Source: a virus
Lineage: Duplodnaviria; Caudoviricetes
Virus record (IMG/VR): IMGVR_UViG_3300020045_005420
Coordinates: 1-28,263 of that record
DNA: 28,263 nt
Direction: 5' to 3' (one strand)
Shown here: positions 7,700-18,122 of the stretch, one piece after another
Numbering within the stretch: position 1 is the first letter of the stretch
Layout: each line of letters starts with the position of its first letter
Position numbers and translations under genes: made by a program
Notes under the pieces: generated by a model
Databases searched by the model: none
The model's input: only the letters and a program-made list of their open reading frames with translations
Told to the model about the DNA's origin: nothing

Positions 7700-10600
7700 A
7701 ACCACTGCGGAATATGAGGCCTGGAAGAACCGTCAGCAACAGGCAAATGTTGGCAAGGCTAACATCGTTCTCGGGCAGGGCTTTGCGCATGAGCCTGATC
7801 AGTTCGCGGCTGACCTGAATTTCGCCAAAGAAGCGTCTACCGCCGTGGGCAACCCGGTGCCGTTGCAGATGGTGCAAGACCCCGACACGCGCTCGGTCTT
7901 CGAGCGGATCGTGGCCGAGAAGAAGCAATCGACCGTCCTGTCCTCGTCGCCCATGCTGGCCGACTGGCTCCGCACGCCTGGCAATGCCGAGTTGACGCGC
8001 GACGATCTTGAGGGCCTGGGCTGGTGGGAAACCGCGACCGGCGCCGCAGCCAATGCCGCCCAGCGTGGCGTGACCCGCCTGCCGGTGATGTACAACCAGT
8101 GGATGGCCGAGGGGGCTGCGCAGCGGGCCGGCGATGCCTCTCGCTCGTTCGGGGATATCTATGGCCAAGAGCGCGCCACGGTCGGCGTTGAGGGCAAACT
8201 GATCGATACGGCTGTTGGCCCGGTGACCGATCTGCTGTCAGCTGGCTCTCGCTTCCTGACATCGCGGCTGTCGGCGGCGTTCGGCGGAGATCAAGAGCAG
8301 GCGGCGGCATACTACCAGCAGCAGGCCGGCGAGATCACCAACCAGATCGCGGCTATCCCCATGTCCCCGGCCGCGTCCACGGTGCGCGATGCGATCGGCG
8401 CGCTGGAGCCGACCGGCGATGTCATGGCCGATGTCGGAAATTTCCTGCAAGTGATCGGCAACGATCCTGGCGGCTTCACGGCGTTCCTGACCGAAACCGC
8501 GATCGAGACTGCACCCACGCTCGCCGCGGCATTCGCGACCGGCGTGGTGACACGCAACCCGGCTGTGGTGGCTGGCACGCTCGGCACGCTGTCGGGTCTG
8601 CAAGAGCGATACACGGCGCCCGTCGACTTCCTGAAAGAACGCGGCATTGATGTCTCGACGCCCGAGGGCGCGATGGCAGCGATCACCAATCCCGAGTTGA
8701 TGGCGGCGGCGGCAGAGCGCGGCGTGATCCGCGGTCTGATCATCGGCTCGCTCGACACGATCAGCGGCGGCGTGGCCGGCGAAGTCCTGGCGCGCAACCC
8801 GGTGCTGAACCTGGCGCTGCAATCCGTCATACAGGCGGCGTTCGGCGGCGGCGGCGAGGCCGGTGCCCAGATCGCCAGCGGCCAGCCTTTGAATGTGTCG
8901 GACGTGTTGATCGAGGCCATGGCGGAATTCGTCACGGCGCCGATCGATGTCGGCAGCATGGCGGCTGCAAAGTTCTCTGAAGGCGTTCGGGCTGCGGCGG
9001 CTGCTGGGAAAACCACAGCGGTCCTTGAGGAAATCGCCGCACAAGCATCGGCCTCGGTAACGCGCACGCGGTCGCCCGACACGTTCCGCGACTTTGTGGC
9101 CACGGTCACCGCCGGCGGCTCGCGCGAAAACATGTTCGTGCCCGCTCTCGAGTTCAACGAATATTTCCAGTCGCGCGGTATCGACCCGTTTGAGCTGGCC
9201 GACCAGCTTGCCGGGATGGGCCGGGATGATTTGCAGACCGCCATCGACACGGGCGGCTCGGTGCAGATCCCGACCGCGACCTGGGCCGCTGACATGGCCG
9301 GCTCCGAGCATGATGCGTTTATCATCCAGAATTCGGCGTTCGACCCCGGCGCCATGACGGGGACGCAGGCGGCTGAGTTCGAGGCGACCAAGAACGATCT
9401 GCTGTCTGAGGCATGGGCCGAGGCCGAGGCCGTGCGCCAGGATGCCGAGATGACTCGCCAGATCTACGATCAGGAGCGCGACCGCATGGTGGGCGAGCTG
9501 CGCGCGGCCGGCCGGGCGACCGATGTTGCCACGGCCGAGGCGCTGCCCATGGTAGAATTCCGCCGTGTGATGGCGGGGCGCATGGGCCTGACGCCAGAGG
9601 AATTCGCGGCGCGGTATCCGCTGGCCGAGGTGCGCGGGCAGCGTCCCGAGGGGCTGGACCCGAAGAATGTTGACGAGCTGACCCGCACGCTGACCGAGGC
9701 GCGCGCACGGCGCACGGTTGGGCTCGACACCGCCGCGACCCCGCTGCTGGAATTCATCTCTGCGCGCGGTGGTATCACCGACCCAGGCGGCGAGCTGCGG
9801 GCGCGCGATGCCGTGGCCGTCAAGCGCCGTGGCAAGAAGACGCTGCGCCTGGAGCGCCGTTCGTTGACCGATGGCATGGCCTCGATGTTCGGCATTGACG
9901 CCGGGCAGGGGCAATACGGCATGGACAATGTGGCGCGCGCCGCTGTCGAGGCCGGGTTCATGGCTGACGATCCCGATGTTCTGGCCTGGCAGGAAGCCAT
10001 GCGCTCTGGCTCTGAGAGCGTCGACCTGACGGCTGCGCTGCTGCGGGCCATCGACGGCGAGATGCGCGGCGAGGTCGAGGCGCCTGTCGATAACCTCGGC
10101 GGGATCGAGGAATATCTGGCCGGCCTGGGCGTGGCGCTGACCGATAGCGATGCCGACATTCGGGCGGCAATCGAGGGCGATGCTGAGGGGCGGGCTTATG
10201 GGCAAAGCGAGCCAAGCCTGGTATTCGCTTCGACCGACATGACGAAAACGCCTGAATTCAAGCGCTGGTTCGGTGACAGCAAGGTCGTGGGCGCCGATGG
10301 CGAGCCGCTGGTTGTCTATCATGGGAGCGGCCAGAAGTTTGAGGCGTTCGACCCAAATGCGCGGGCATCGACGGAAGGCGGTATGATCTTGGCTGATGCC
10401 GGGGTTCGCCCGTTCTTTTTCAGCAGCCGGCAGGAAGTGGCTCAGGATTTTGCCGGGGGCGATGCTGACTATGTGATGCCCGTTTACTTGAGCATCAAGA
10501 ACCCGCTGGTTATCGAAGCTGCTGGGCTGGGCTGGGAACAGTTCAGGGATCAGATCGTCGCTGCTGCAAAGGGCGGCGAATATGACGGCGTAATCCTGCG

Positions 10601-13600
10601 AAATCTGAACGATAGCATGTTTGGCGACATGGAAAATCCGGTGTCCGATGTGTTCGCCGCCTTCGAGCCGACCCAGATCAAATCCGTCAACAACCGTGGC
10701 ACTTTCGACGCCAACGATCCGCGTATCTTGTTTCAACCCGCCTACCACGGCACGCCGCACCTGTTCGAGAAGTTCAGCACGGATCATATCGGCGCGGGCG
10801 AGGGCAATCAGGCTTTTGGCTGGGGGCTGTATTTTGCGGGCAAGAAAGAGATCGCCGAATTTTACCGCGACAAGCTTTCATCGCAATACCGGTCAGAAGA
10901 AGAAATGTCGTGGGGCGGCAAGACTGCCTTGCAGCATTATGAGGCTGCGGAGCGCCGCAGCGAGTATGGCAAAATGGCCGTGCTTGAGAGCATCATGCTG
11001 CACCAGCCCAAGTCAGAAATCATGGCGCGCCTGCAAGAAAGTATCGCGGACGGTGACAGCCAGGCGATTGATGGCCTGAAATACGTCAACTCGCTGCCGA
11101 AAGAGGCATTCCCCGAGACAGGTGGCCGGTTGTTCGAGGTCGACATTCCCGATGACAGCGAAATGCTGAATTGGGAAAAGGAGCTAACCAAGCAATCGCC
11201 GGCTGTGAAGCAGGTTCTCAAGGCGTCTGGCCTGCTGAAAGAGTTCAAGGAAAATCTCTCAGATTATTCCTCGCCCCAAAACACTCGCGGCGTGGGGCGC
11301 GGCGATAACCTATACCAGTATCTTTCGTGGAAGCTCGGGGGCGACAAGGCCGCAAGCCAGCGGCTGCGCGAGATCGGTATCCCCGGTCATAAATACCCTG
11401 CCGGCACCATCGCGAACGTGAAGGGCGGCGGGCATAACTACGTGATTTACGACGACAGCCGTGTGGCCGTCCGATCCTATAAGCAAGCCGATGCCGGCTT
11501 CCAAGGCGGCGGCGCGCGTGGCTCCATCCAATTCCCCGGTGCTGGCGTGTCCAACGGCCAGACCATCATATCGCTGTTCAAGACCGCGGACCTGACCACT
11601 TTTCTGCACGAGACGGGCCATTATTTCCTGACCGTGGCGCGCGATGCTGCCGCGCTCGATCCGACCGGGCCGATCGCCAGCGACTTCGACGCGGTCAAAG
11701 CCTGGTGGCGCGACAATGCCGACGCCGTGGCGCGCGATGCGGGCGGCGATGTAACGGCCGACGATGTTCGCATGGCCATCGACAATGGCACCACGGGCGA
11801 TGTTGCCAAGGACATGGCCATCGATACCGGAATGCAGGAGCAATTCGCTCGCGCGACCGAGCAGTATTTCATGGAAGGGAAGGCGCCATCGGCTGCGCTC
11901 AAGCAGGCATTCGAGAAGTTCCGCGCCTGGCTCGTGTCGATCTACAAGTCGATCCGCGGCTTGAACGTCAATGTCAGTGACGAAATGCGCGCCGTGTTCG
12001 ACCGGATGCTGGCCACCGATGCGGAAATCCAGCAGGCTCGCACCGACGCCGGTACCGACATCGCGCTGACGGCCGACGACCTGGGGATGACGGCCGAGCA
12101 GTTCGCCAGTTTCACCAAGCTCCGCGACCAGGCCCAGACCGATGCCACGGCGCGCACGCTGGACGAGGCCATGCGCCCGATCCGCCGTGCTGCGACTGCC
12201 GCCTATAAAGCGGAGCGCGCCAAGGTTCGGGCCCGGATCGAAACCGAAACCAAGCAGCAGCCCGTCTATCGGGCAATCCAAGAATTGCGCTTCGGCAAAT
12301 CGTTCGATGGCGAGGACGTGACGCCGCTCAAACTCGATCGCGCGATCATCGAGGCACAATATGGTGGCGGCTATATCCCGTATCTGCCGGGCGCCACCAA
12401 GGACGGGCGCGGCCATCGCAACGCCGTGTTCTCGACCGAGGGCGGCGTGCATCCCGACATCGCTGCCAGCGCCTATGGCTTCCCGACCGGCCGCGACATG
12501 CTCGACCGGATGGCCAACGCGCCGGAAATGGACGCGCTGATCGAGGCCGAGACGAACAAGGAGATGGAATTCCGGCACAATGACCCGCTCAAGGACGGCT
12601 CGATCCAGCAGCAGGCGATGGACAACGTGCATAACGATCTGCAAGGGCAGGTGCTGGCGGCTCGCCTGGACGCCTTCAACGAGATTGCGGGCACTGATCG
12701 TGGGCTGACCCACAAGGCCGCTCGTGAGGCTGCGCGTCGGTCGCTGCGGGGCATGGCGATCAAGGACGCAACCCGCGCCGAACGGTTCCTGGCGGCTGAG
12801 CGCAAGGCCGCGGCCGAGGTCGCCAAGCTGTCGGCATCGGTCACGCGCACGTCGATGTGGATGGATGCGGCCCGGCGCCGTGTTGCCAAGCAGGCGCGCG
12901 GCGCTGTCCGTGAGGGCGATGCCCAGGCGGCGCTGTCCGTGGCGCCCAAGCTCGGCTCGGCGAATGAAAGCACGGCCCGGTATAACGAGCAGGCTGACGC
13001 TCTGGTCGAGGCCAGCCGGCGCCAGTTGCTGAACCATATGCTCTACTCGGAAGCCCGCAAGGTTGCGGCTGAAACCGACGCCACGATCAAGCGCGTCTCG
13101 ATGCTGCGCAAGGCCAATGCCCGCCTGTCGAAAACCCGCGACATCAATTTCGTGCTGGCCGCGCGTGCCGTCGCCGGCCGGTTCGGCATGACCAAGCCCG
13201 ACACCGCGTTCGACTTCAAGGCGTGGATGGATCAACTGCGGTTCGATGACCCGGTCACGGCTTCGGCCATGGTGCAGACCATCGAAACCTATTCACAGGA
13301 CGCCAAGCCCTATAAGGATCTGACGGTCGCGGAATTCGGCGCGGTCAAGGATGCGATCGAAAGCCTGTTGACGCTGGCCAAGACGACGCGGGCGCTGGAA
13401 ATCGACGGCGCGCGGGTTGACCGCCAGGACGCGATCGACGCGCTGATCGCCCAGGCTGAACCTCGTGCCAAGATGCGGGCCGGCTCGACTGCTGCACCGA
13501 CCAGGGGCGAGAAAAAGAAGCTTTCCGCGCTGACCACTGGCGCCGCACTGGTGCGAACTGAGGCATGGGCGCGCGATATGGACGACGGCAAGGCCGGCGT

Positions 13601-15623
13601 GTTCACGCGCTATCTGGTCAAGCCCGTCATGGATGCGCTGGGCGAATACCGCCAGGCGCGCACCGTGCGGCTCGATGAACTGCTGGCCATTGTTGAGCCT
13701 CGCCGTGGCGAGCTGCTGGGCAAGGCCGTTGCGGCGCCTGAGCTTGGGTACACGTTCGAGAACAAGGGCGCGCTGCTGCACGCGCTGCTGCACACCGGGA
13801 ACGAGAGCAACAAGAAAAAGCTCTTGCTCGGGCGCGGCTGGTCCAAGGGCATGATCAACGCCAAGCCAGCCATGACCAAGCAGGGCAAGCCCCGCGTCGA
13901 TCGCCAGGGCAATGCCATCATGGACAAGGGCACGCTGGATACCAGCCAGTGGGATGCCATGGTCGAGCGCCTGATCGCTGACGGCACCATCACTGCCGCC
14001 GACAAGAAGATGATCGAGGATATCTGGGCCCTGATGGACAGCCTCAAGCGGCCGGCCCAGACTGCGCACAAGCGGATCTACGGCCACTACTTTGCCGAGA
14101 TCGAGGCGGCGCCGTTCACCAATTCGCTGGGCACCTGGCGCGGCGGCTACGTGCCGGCGATCATCGACCAGTATGCCTCGATCGACGCGGGCAAGCAGGA
14201 TGCTGCGGCGGCACTCGATAGCCAGATGGACGCCTCGATGTTCCCGACAACGGGCTCGGGCTTCACCAAGGGCCGCGTCGAATATAACCAGCCGTTGGCG
14301 CTCAACCTGCAATCGCTGCCGGGCCATATGGACAAAGTGCTGCGGTTCACCCATCTGGAGCCGACCATTCGCCAGACGGCCTCGCTGTTGGCCGATCGCG
14401 GGCTGCGGGAAACTGTCAGCGCCGTGAACCGGGACGCCATCGACGCGATCCTGACGCCCTGGCTGGTGCGGACGGCGCGGCAGGCAGTCGAGGCTCCTGC
14501 GGTCACGGCCTCCGGGCGCCAGTTCGGCAACGTGATGCGGGTGATCCGCAAGCGCGTGGGCCTGCACATGATGGCGATCAACGTGGTCAACGCCGCGCAG
14601 CAGGTGACGGGCATTCCATCGGCGGCTGTGCTGGTCAAGATCAAGCACCTCAAGGGCGCCACGGTTCGGTTCGCCAAGGACGCGGGCACGATGCGGACCG
14701 AGGCAATAGAGGCTTCGGACATGATGCGCGACCGCATGGACAACTCGAGCCGCATGACCGGGCAGGAGATCGACAAGATCATTGTCGAGCCGACGATCCC
14801 GGCCGAGGTCGATCGCTTTGTCAGCCAGCACGGCTATATTTTGCAGCAGGGCACGCAGAACGTGGTCGACCTGATCGTCTGGCACGCGGGCTATGACCAG
14901 GCCATTGCGCAGGGCATGACCGACGCCGACGCCGTGTTCGAGGCAGATAGCGTCGTGCGCCGCACGCAGGGTTCTTTCAATCCCGAGGACGTGTCGGCGT
15001 TCGAGACGGGCACCGCCTTTCAGCGCGTGTTCACGATGTTCACGTCCTACTTCAACACCCAGCTCAATTTGCTGGGCGGCGAGGCCATGACGACGATCCG
15101 CACGATGGGCTGGTCGGGTGGGCCCAAGCTGTTCCACCTGTACTTTTTCGGCATCATGATCCCGGCCGTGGTCGCGGAAGCAATCTCACTGGCAGCGCGC
15201 GGCGAGCTGGGTGACGAGGATGACGATGGCCTGGCCGACGACATGCTCGAATTGTTCCTGGGGTCGCAGGTGAAGTTTCTGGCCGGCATGGTTCCGCTGG
15301 TGGGCACGCTGACCGTGGCGGCGCTGAACAAGTTCAATGACCAGCCGTTCGATGATCAACTCTCCGTGTCGCCAGCAAACTACCTGCTCGAACGGGCGGT
15401 CGGCGCGCCCGGCACGATCGCGGGCGCCATCACTGGCAACGGGTCGGCGTCCAAGGCTACGGCTGACGGAATCACCGCGCTCGGCCTGATCCTGGGCGTG
15501 CCGACTGGTCAGCTTGCGAAGTCTGTCAGCTATGTCGGAAAGGTCGCTGAGGGCCGGGCCGAGCCGCAGAATGTGGGCGACGTGCTGCGCGGGATCACAT
15601 CGGGGCGCGACGGCACCGAATAG
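7695..15623 (+). CDS. Giant internal virion / DNA-ejection polyvalent protein (gp16 position) with two ADP-ribosyltransferase-like domains and an HExxH metallopeptidase
   Basis: About 2642 aa (alternative ATG 7689; SD spacing favours 7695). TPEFKRWFGDSKVVGADGEPLVVYHGS...YLSIKNPL...YDGVI...PTQIKS domain; YHGTPHLFEKFSTDHIGAGEGNQAFGWGLYFA domain; FLHETGH motif; hydrophobic N- and C-terminal segments. Confidence 0.88.
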   Translation: MPTTAEYEAWKNRQQQANVGKANIVLGQGFAHEPDQFAADLNFAKEASTAVGNPVPLQMVQDPDTRSVFERIVAEKKQSTVLSSSPMLADWLRTPGNAELTRDDLEGLGWWETATGAAANAAQRGVTRLPVMYNQWMAEGAAQRAGDASRSFGDIYGQERATVGVEGKLIDTAVGPVTDLLSAGSRFLTSRLSAAFGGDQEQAAAYYQQQAGEITNQIAAIPMSPAASTVRDAIGALEPTGDVMADVGNFLQVIGNDPGGFTAFLTETAIETAPTLAAAFATGVVTRNPAVVAGTLGTLSGLQERYTAPVDFLKERGIDVSTPEGAMAAITNPELMAAAAERGVIRGLIIGSLDTISGGVAGEVLARNPVLNLALQSVIQAAFGGGGEAGAQIASGQPLNVSDVLIEAMAEFVTAPIDVGSMAAAKFSEGVRAAAAAGKTTAVLEEIAAQASASVTRTRSPDTFRDFVATVTAGGSRENMFVPALEFNEYFQSRGIDPFELADQLAGMGRDDLQTAIDTGGSVQIPTATWAADMAGSEHDAFIIQNSAFDPGAMTGTQAAEFEATKNDLLSEAWAEAEAVRQDAEMTRQIYDQERDRMVGELRAAGRATDVATAEALPMVEFRRVMAGRMGLTPEEFAARYPLAEVRGQRPEGLDPKNVDELTRTLTEARARRTVGLDTAATPLLEFISARGGITDPGGELRARDAVAVKRRGKKTLRLERRSLTDGMASMFGIDAGQGQYGMDNVARAAVEAGFMADDPDVLAWQEAMRSGSESVDLTAALLRAIDGEMRGEVEAPVDNLGGIEEYLAGLGVALTDSDADIRAAIEGDAEGRAYGQSEPSLVFASTDMTKTPEFKRWFGDSKVVGADGEPLVVYHGSGQKFEAFDPNARASTEGGMILADAGVRPFFFSSRQEVAQDFAGGDADYVMPVYLSIKNPLVIEAAGLGWEQFRDQIVAAAKGGEYDGVILRNLNDSMFGDMENPVSDVFAAFEPTQIKSVNNRGTFDANDPRILFQPAYHGTPHLFEKFSTDHIGAGEGNQAFGWGLYFAGKKEIAEFYRDKLSSQYRSEEEMSWGGKTALQHYEAAERRSEYGKMAVLESIMLHQPKSEIMARLQESIADGDSQAIDGLKYVNSLPKEAFPETGGRLFEVDIPDDSEMLNWEKELTKQSPAVKQVLKASGLLKEFKENLSDYSSPQNTRGVGRGDNLYQYLSWKLGGDKAASQRLREIGIPGHKYPAGTIANVKGGGHNYVIYDDSRVAVRSYKQADAGFQGGGARGSIQFPGAGVSNGQTIISLFKTADLTTFLHETGHYFLTVARDAAALDPTGPIASDFDAVKAWWRDNADAVARDAGGDVTADDVRMAIDNGTTGDVAKDMAIDTGMQEQFARATEQYFMEGKAPSAALKQAFEKFRAWLVSIYKSIRGLNVNVSDEMRAVFDRMLATDAEIQQARTDAGTDIALTADDLGMTAEQFASFTKLRDQAQTDATARTLDEAMRPIRRAATAAYKAERAKVRARIETETKQQPVYRAIQELRFGKSFDGEDVTPLKLDRAIIEAQYGGGYIPYLPGATKDGRGHRNAVFSTEGGVHPDIAASAYGFPTGRDMLDRMANAPEMDALIEAETNKEMEFRHNDPLKDGSIQQQAMDNVHNDLQGQVLAARLDAFNEIAGTDRGLTHKAAREAARRSLRGMAIKDATRAERFLAAERKAAAEVAKLSASVTRTSMWMDAARRRVAKQARGAVREGDAQAALSVAPKLGSANESTARYNEQADALVEASRRQLLNHMLYSEARKVAAETDATIKRVSMLRKANARLSKTRDINFVLAARAVAGRFGMTKPDTAFDFKAWMDQLRFDDPVTASAMVQTIETYSQDAKPYKDLTVAEFGAVKDAIESLLTLAKTTRALEIDGARVDRQDAIDALIAQAEPRAKMRAGSTAAPTRGEKKKLSALTTGAALVRTEAWARDMDDGKAGVFTRYLVKPVMDALGEYRQARTVRLDELLAIVEPRRGELLGKAVAAPELGYTFENKGALLHALLHTGNESNKKKLLLGRGWSKGMINAKPAMTKQGKPRVDRQGNAIMDKGTLDTSQWDAMVERLIADGTITAADKKMIEDIWALMDSLKRPAQTAHKRIYGHYFAEIEAAPFTNSLGTWRGGYVPAIIDQYASIDAGKQDAAAALDSQMDASMFPTTGSGFTKGRVEYNQPLALNLQSLPGHMDKVLRFTHLEPTIRQTASLLADRGLRETVSAVNRDAIDAILTPWLVRTARQAVEAPAVTASGRQFGNVMRVIRKRVGLHMMAINVVNAAQQVTGIPSAAVLVKIKHLKGATVRFAKDAGTMRTEAIEASDMMRDRMDNSSRMTGQEIDKIIVEPTIPAEVDRFVSQHGYILQQGTQNVVDLIVWHAGYDQAIAQGMTDADAVFEADSVVRRTQGSFNPEDVSAFETGTAFQRVFTMFTSYFNTQLNLLGGEAMTTIRTMGWSGGPKLFHLYFFGIMIPAVVAEAISLAARGELGDEDDDGLADDMLELFLGSQVKFLAGMVPLVGTLTVAALNKFNDQPFDDQLSVSPANYLLERAVGAPGTIAGAITGNGSASKATADGITALGLILGVPTGQLAKSVSYVGKVAEGRAEPQNVGDVLRGITSGRDGTE

Positions 15624-15680
15624 GAACGTCCCAACCATCAGACCATAGCGTGCCTTCAAATTATCCGAGGGCACGCCATG
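15620..15680 (+). promoter_or_regulatory. Putative late promoter motif copy 3 with RBS-occluding hairpin
   Basis: ATAGGAACGTC-CCAACCA(15631-15637)-N8-TAGCGT(15646-15651). CAT-A-GCGTGCCTTC(15644-15657) pairs with GAGGGCACGC-C-ATG(15667-15680). Confidence 0.65.
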
Positions 15681-17741
15681 ACCATTCCAAGCGCAGTCAA
15701 TAAGTCTGGGCCGTATTTTTACAACGGCGCGACGACTGCGTTTGCGTATGGCTTCAAGATTTCTGACGCCTCCCATATCCGCGTCGTTGAAACGGTGATC
15801 GCTACGGGAGTTGAGACGGATCTCGTGCTGGCGACCGATTACACGGTTACTGGCGTGGGTAACGACACCGGAACCGTGGTGATTTCTCCCGCACGTGCAG
15901 CCGGCAAAATTGTCGTTCTGGTGCGCTCCGTGCCGTTTACTCAGTTGCTCGATCTGGAAAATCAGGGCGCATATTTTGCGGAACGTGTCGAGGCAGCCTT
16001 CGATGCCGGCGTGGCTCGTGATCAGCAATTGCAGGAACAGCTTAGCCGTGCGGTGATGGCGCCGCTTGCTTCTGAAATCGATCCGAGTGAGCTTATTTCC
16101 AGCCTTGAGGCCGCTTCTGTTGCGGCTGTCGCCGCCGCGGCCGCGGCCGAGGATGACGCAAATTTAGCAGATATTGCAAGGATCGCAGCAGAGGCGGCGG
16201 TTGCCACGGCCGCTGCTCGCCTTCTCAATCGGGCAGAGTTGGCGGCTAAGACCCTGCCAAGCGGGGTCAAGGTTGTTGAGTTGTATGGATACCGGGCGAC
16301 TGGTGTTTTTGATCGAGGCGCTCGTTGGCGGCGAATGCAGACTGCGCCTGTCACCGTGCGACTGTGGCACATCCGCTCCGTTGACCGTTTTTGCCTCGAC
16401 GGCTCCACGGATGCTACCAACGGCGGCTATTGGGAACTAGTCGAACGCCAGGTCACCCCTCAAATGTTCGGCACATGCGGGGCTGGTGAGGACGTTTCCG
16501 GCACGCTTGGGATTTTGCAATCAGCAGCGGATTTCTCCAAAGACATTTATGTGCCGAATGGGAATTATGGGTGCACCGGCCCATGCACATTCCAAGGCGG
16601 TACCAAAATCGTTGGTCAAGCTCGTGACCAGGTGGTTTTTCAAATCAACACCTCTTGGCTGGACGACACATTCCATGTGAGCGGCGCCTATGTGGTCGAG
16701 AACATTTGGTTCTTCATCCCCCGCACATATGTCCCAGGCGTCACCACCACCTTGACCAATCGCCGGATCAGTGGACAAGCCCATATTGGCGTTACGTCAG
16801 GTCAGAATGGCCTGATCAAGAATAACCGCATCGCCGACAACCAGTATGGCATCCGCTATGATGGCGCGTCTCTTTGCATCCATGAAGGCAACGTCTTTGG
16901 CGGCTGCTGGGATCACGAAGTCGGGGGGCTCCAAGAGGCCATTGCCTCGATTGATATCGGGGGGGCAGGCACCCAGCTTATCGCCGGCATCAATAATTAC
17001 ATGGGTGGTGGGTATGCCGCGCCTGTACGGCCTGTCACGCACGGTTCCCTGACGACTGACTTCGCCACCAATATCGGCCCGAGGTTCGGTTATCGCGTCA
17101 AAAGCTGTGAAGGGCTCAAGATCGATGACCGCTATATGGGCGGGCACAATGAGAATTGCGTCAAGGTGGTGCCCGAGACTGGCGGCTATGTCACCAATGT
17201 TGACATCAAGGTTTCGTTCTTGGACCCGTCTCGGTTCTATTCGATTGATGTCACATCGACCATCGCCAGCAATTTGGTTATCGGCGGAAAGATTGAATGC
17301 CTCGCCAAAGGCCAGCGCAATGGCGACGGGTTTGTCAAGTTTTCAAACGGCGGGACCGGAACGTGGTGTTCGCAGGGCTGGACAATCATCGCCAGCACGG
17401 CGGAAGGGCACTTAAAGACCCCCATCATCAACGAAAGTTGCAAAGGGCTAAAAGTCATCGGCTGCTCGATATCCGGCTATAATGAAAGGGGCGGCTATAC
17501 TGGCGATCCAAATGGGTCGGCAGGTATTCTCTCTACCCTTTTTGGCACGACCAAAGCCATTGGCAACACCTTTGGCGGCGGCTTGACCACGCTCGATCCG
17601 GTTTCCAATAACTGTCAATATGGCTTTGTCGGGGGCGTTAACGACACAGTCGTCCAGAACGACAACGCCGGGCTGGGGCTGGCTGGCGGATCGTTCTATG
17701 TGACGGTTGCAAATAGTGTTTCCGGCGTCACGCTGCCATAA
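15678..17741 (+). CDS. Tail fibre / tailspike with right-handed beta-helix (pectate lyase-like depolymerase) domain
   Basis: T7 gp17-like anchor (YNGATTAFAYGFKI...DYTVTGVG...TQLLDLENQG), Ala-rich linker, VTPQMFG...IYVPNGNY beta-helix cap, and Asn/Gly/Ile-rich strand repeats. Confidence 0.87.
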   Translation: MTIPSAVNKSGPYFYNGATTAFAYGFKISDASHIRVVETVIATGVETDLVLATDYTVTGVGNDTGTVVISPARAAGKIVVLVRSVPFTQLLDLENQGAYFAERVEAAFDAGVARDQQLQEQLSRAVMAPLASEIDPSELISSLEAASVAAVAAAAAAEDDANLADIARIAAEAAVATAAARLLNRAELAAKTLPSGVKVVELYGYRATGVFDRGARWRRMQTAPVTVRLWHIRSVDRFCLDGSTDATNGGYWELVERQVTPQMFGTCGAGEDVSGTLGILQSAADFSKDIYVPNGNYGCTGPCTFQGGTKIVGQARDQVVFQINTSWLDDTFHVSGAYVVENIWFFIPRTYVPGVTTTLTNRRISGQAHIGVTSGQNGLIKNNRIADNQYGIRYDGASLCIHEGNVFGGCWDHEVGGLQEAIASIDIGGAGTQLIAGINNYMGGGYAAPVRPVTHGSLTTDFATNIGPRFGYRVKSCEGLKIDDRYMGGHNENCVKVVPETGGYVTNVDIKVSFLDPSRFYSIDVTSTIASNLVIGGKIECLAKGQRNGDGFVKFSNGGTGTWCSQGWTIIASTAEGHLKTPIINESCKGLKVIGCSISGYNERGGYTGDPNGSAGILSTLFGTTKAIGNTFGGGLTTLDPVSNNCQYGFVGGVNDTVVQNDNAGLGLAGGSFYVTVANSVSGVTLP

Positions 17742-17754
17742 ACAGGATATCAAT

Positions 17755-18036
17755 ATGGGCAAGAAAGCTAGTTTCCCCATCCAGTCCGTCCACCCAAACC
17801 GTATCTTGCGAGCGCCCCAGGCTGACGGCTCTGTCTGGGTAGAGGTGCGCGGCTTGGATAAGGGGGAGACGCTGATCATGCGGCTCCATCTCACGTCCGA
17901 TCAGGATGCCAGGCTCCTTAGCTATCGCTCTGGCAGCATCAGTTTGGACGACGCGCTGCCTGACATCGACAAGCGTGCCTTGCCATTCTTTGAGGCTCGC
18001 GCGCCGCTCGATACCAGTACGCTCTTGGTCCCATAA
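17755..18036 (+). CDS. Hypothetical protein downstream of the tailspike
   Basis: 93-aa ORF from ATG 17755 with SD AGGA, 13 nt after the tailspike stop. Confidence 0.55.
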   Translation: MGKKASFPIQSVHPNRILRAPQADGSVWVEVRGLDKGETLIMRLHLTSDQDARLLSYRSGSISLDDALPDIDKRALPFFEARAPLDTSTLLVP

Positions 18037-18122
18037 GCATCCGTTTATGCGGGGTGGATCGCCTGCCGGTCAAATCTGCGCAACTCAAAAACTCCGTCCC
18101 ACGTTACTAAGGTATGCCCCTT

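Noticed and set aside
8238-15137. Long minus-strand ORFs (849, 641 and 614 aa) opposite the giant gene, and similar shadows elsewhere
   Set aside because: Expected antisense shadows of GC3-rich coding sequence; no recognisable motifs.
15623-15652. EcfG-type promoter GGAAC...CGTT as an explanation of the late motif
   Set aside because: Spacing is 21 nt rather than 16-17, and copies 1 and 4 lack the elements.
15678-18110. Diversity-generating retroelement at the tail gene, as in BPP-1
   Set aside because: No reverse transcriptase, Avd or template/variable repeat pair visible in the window.
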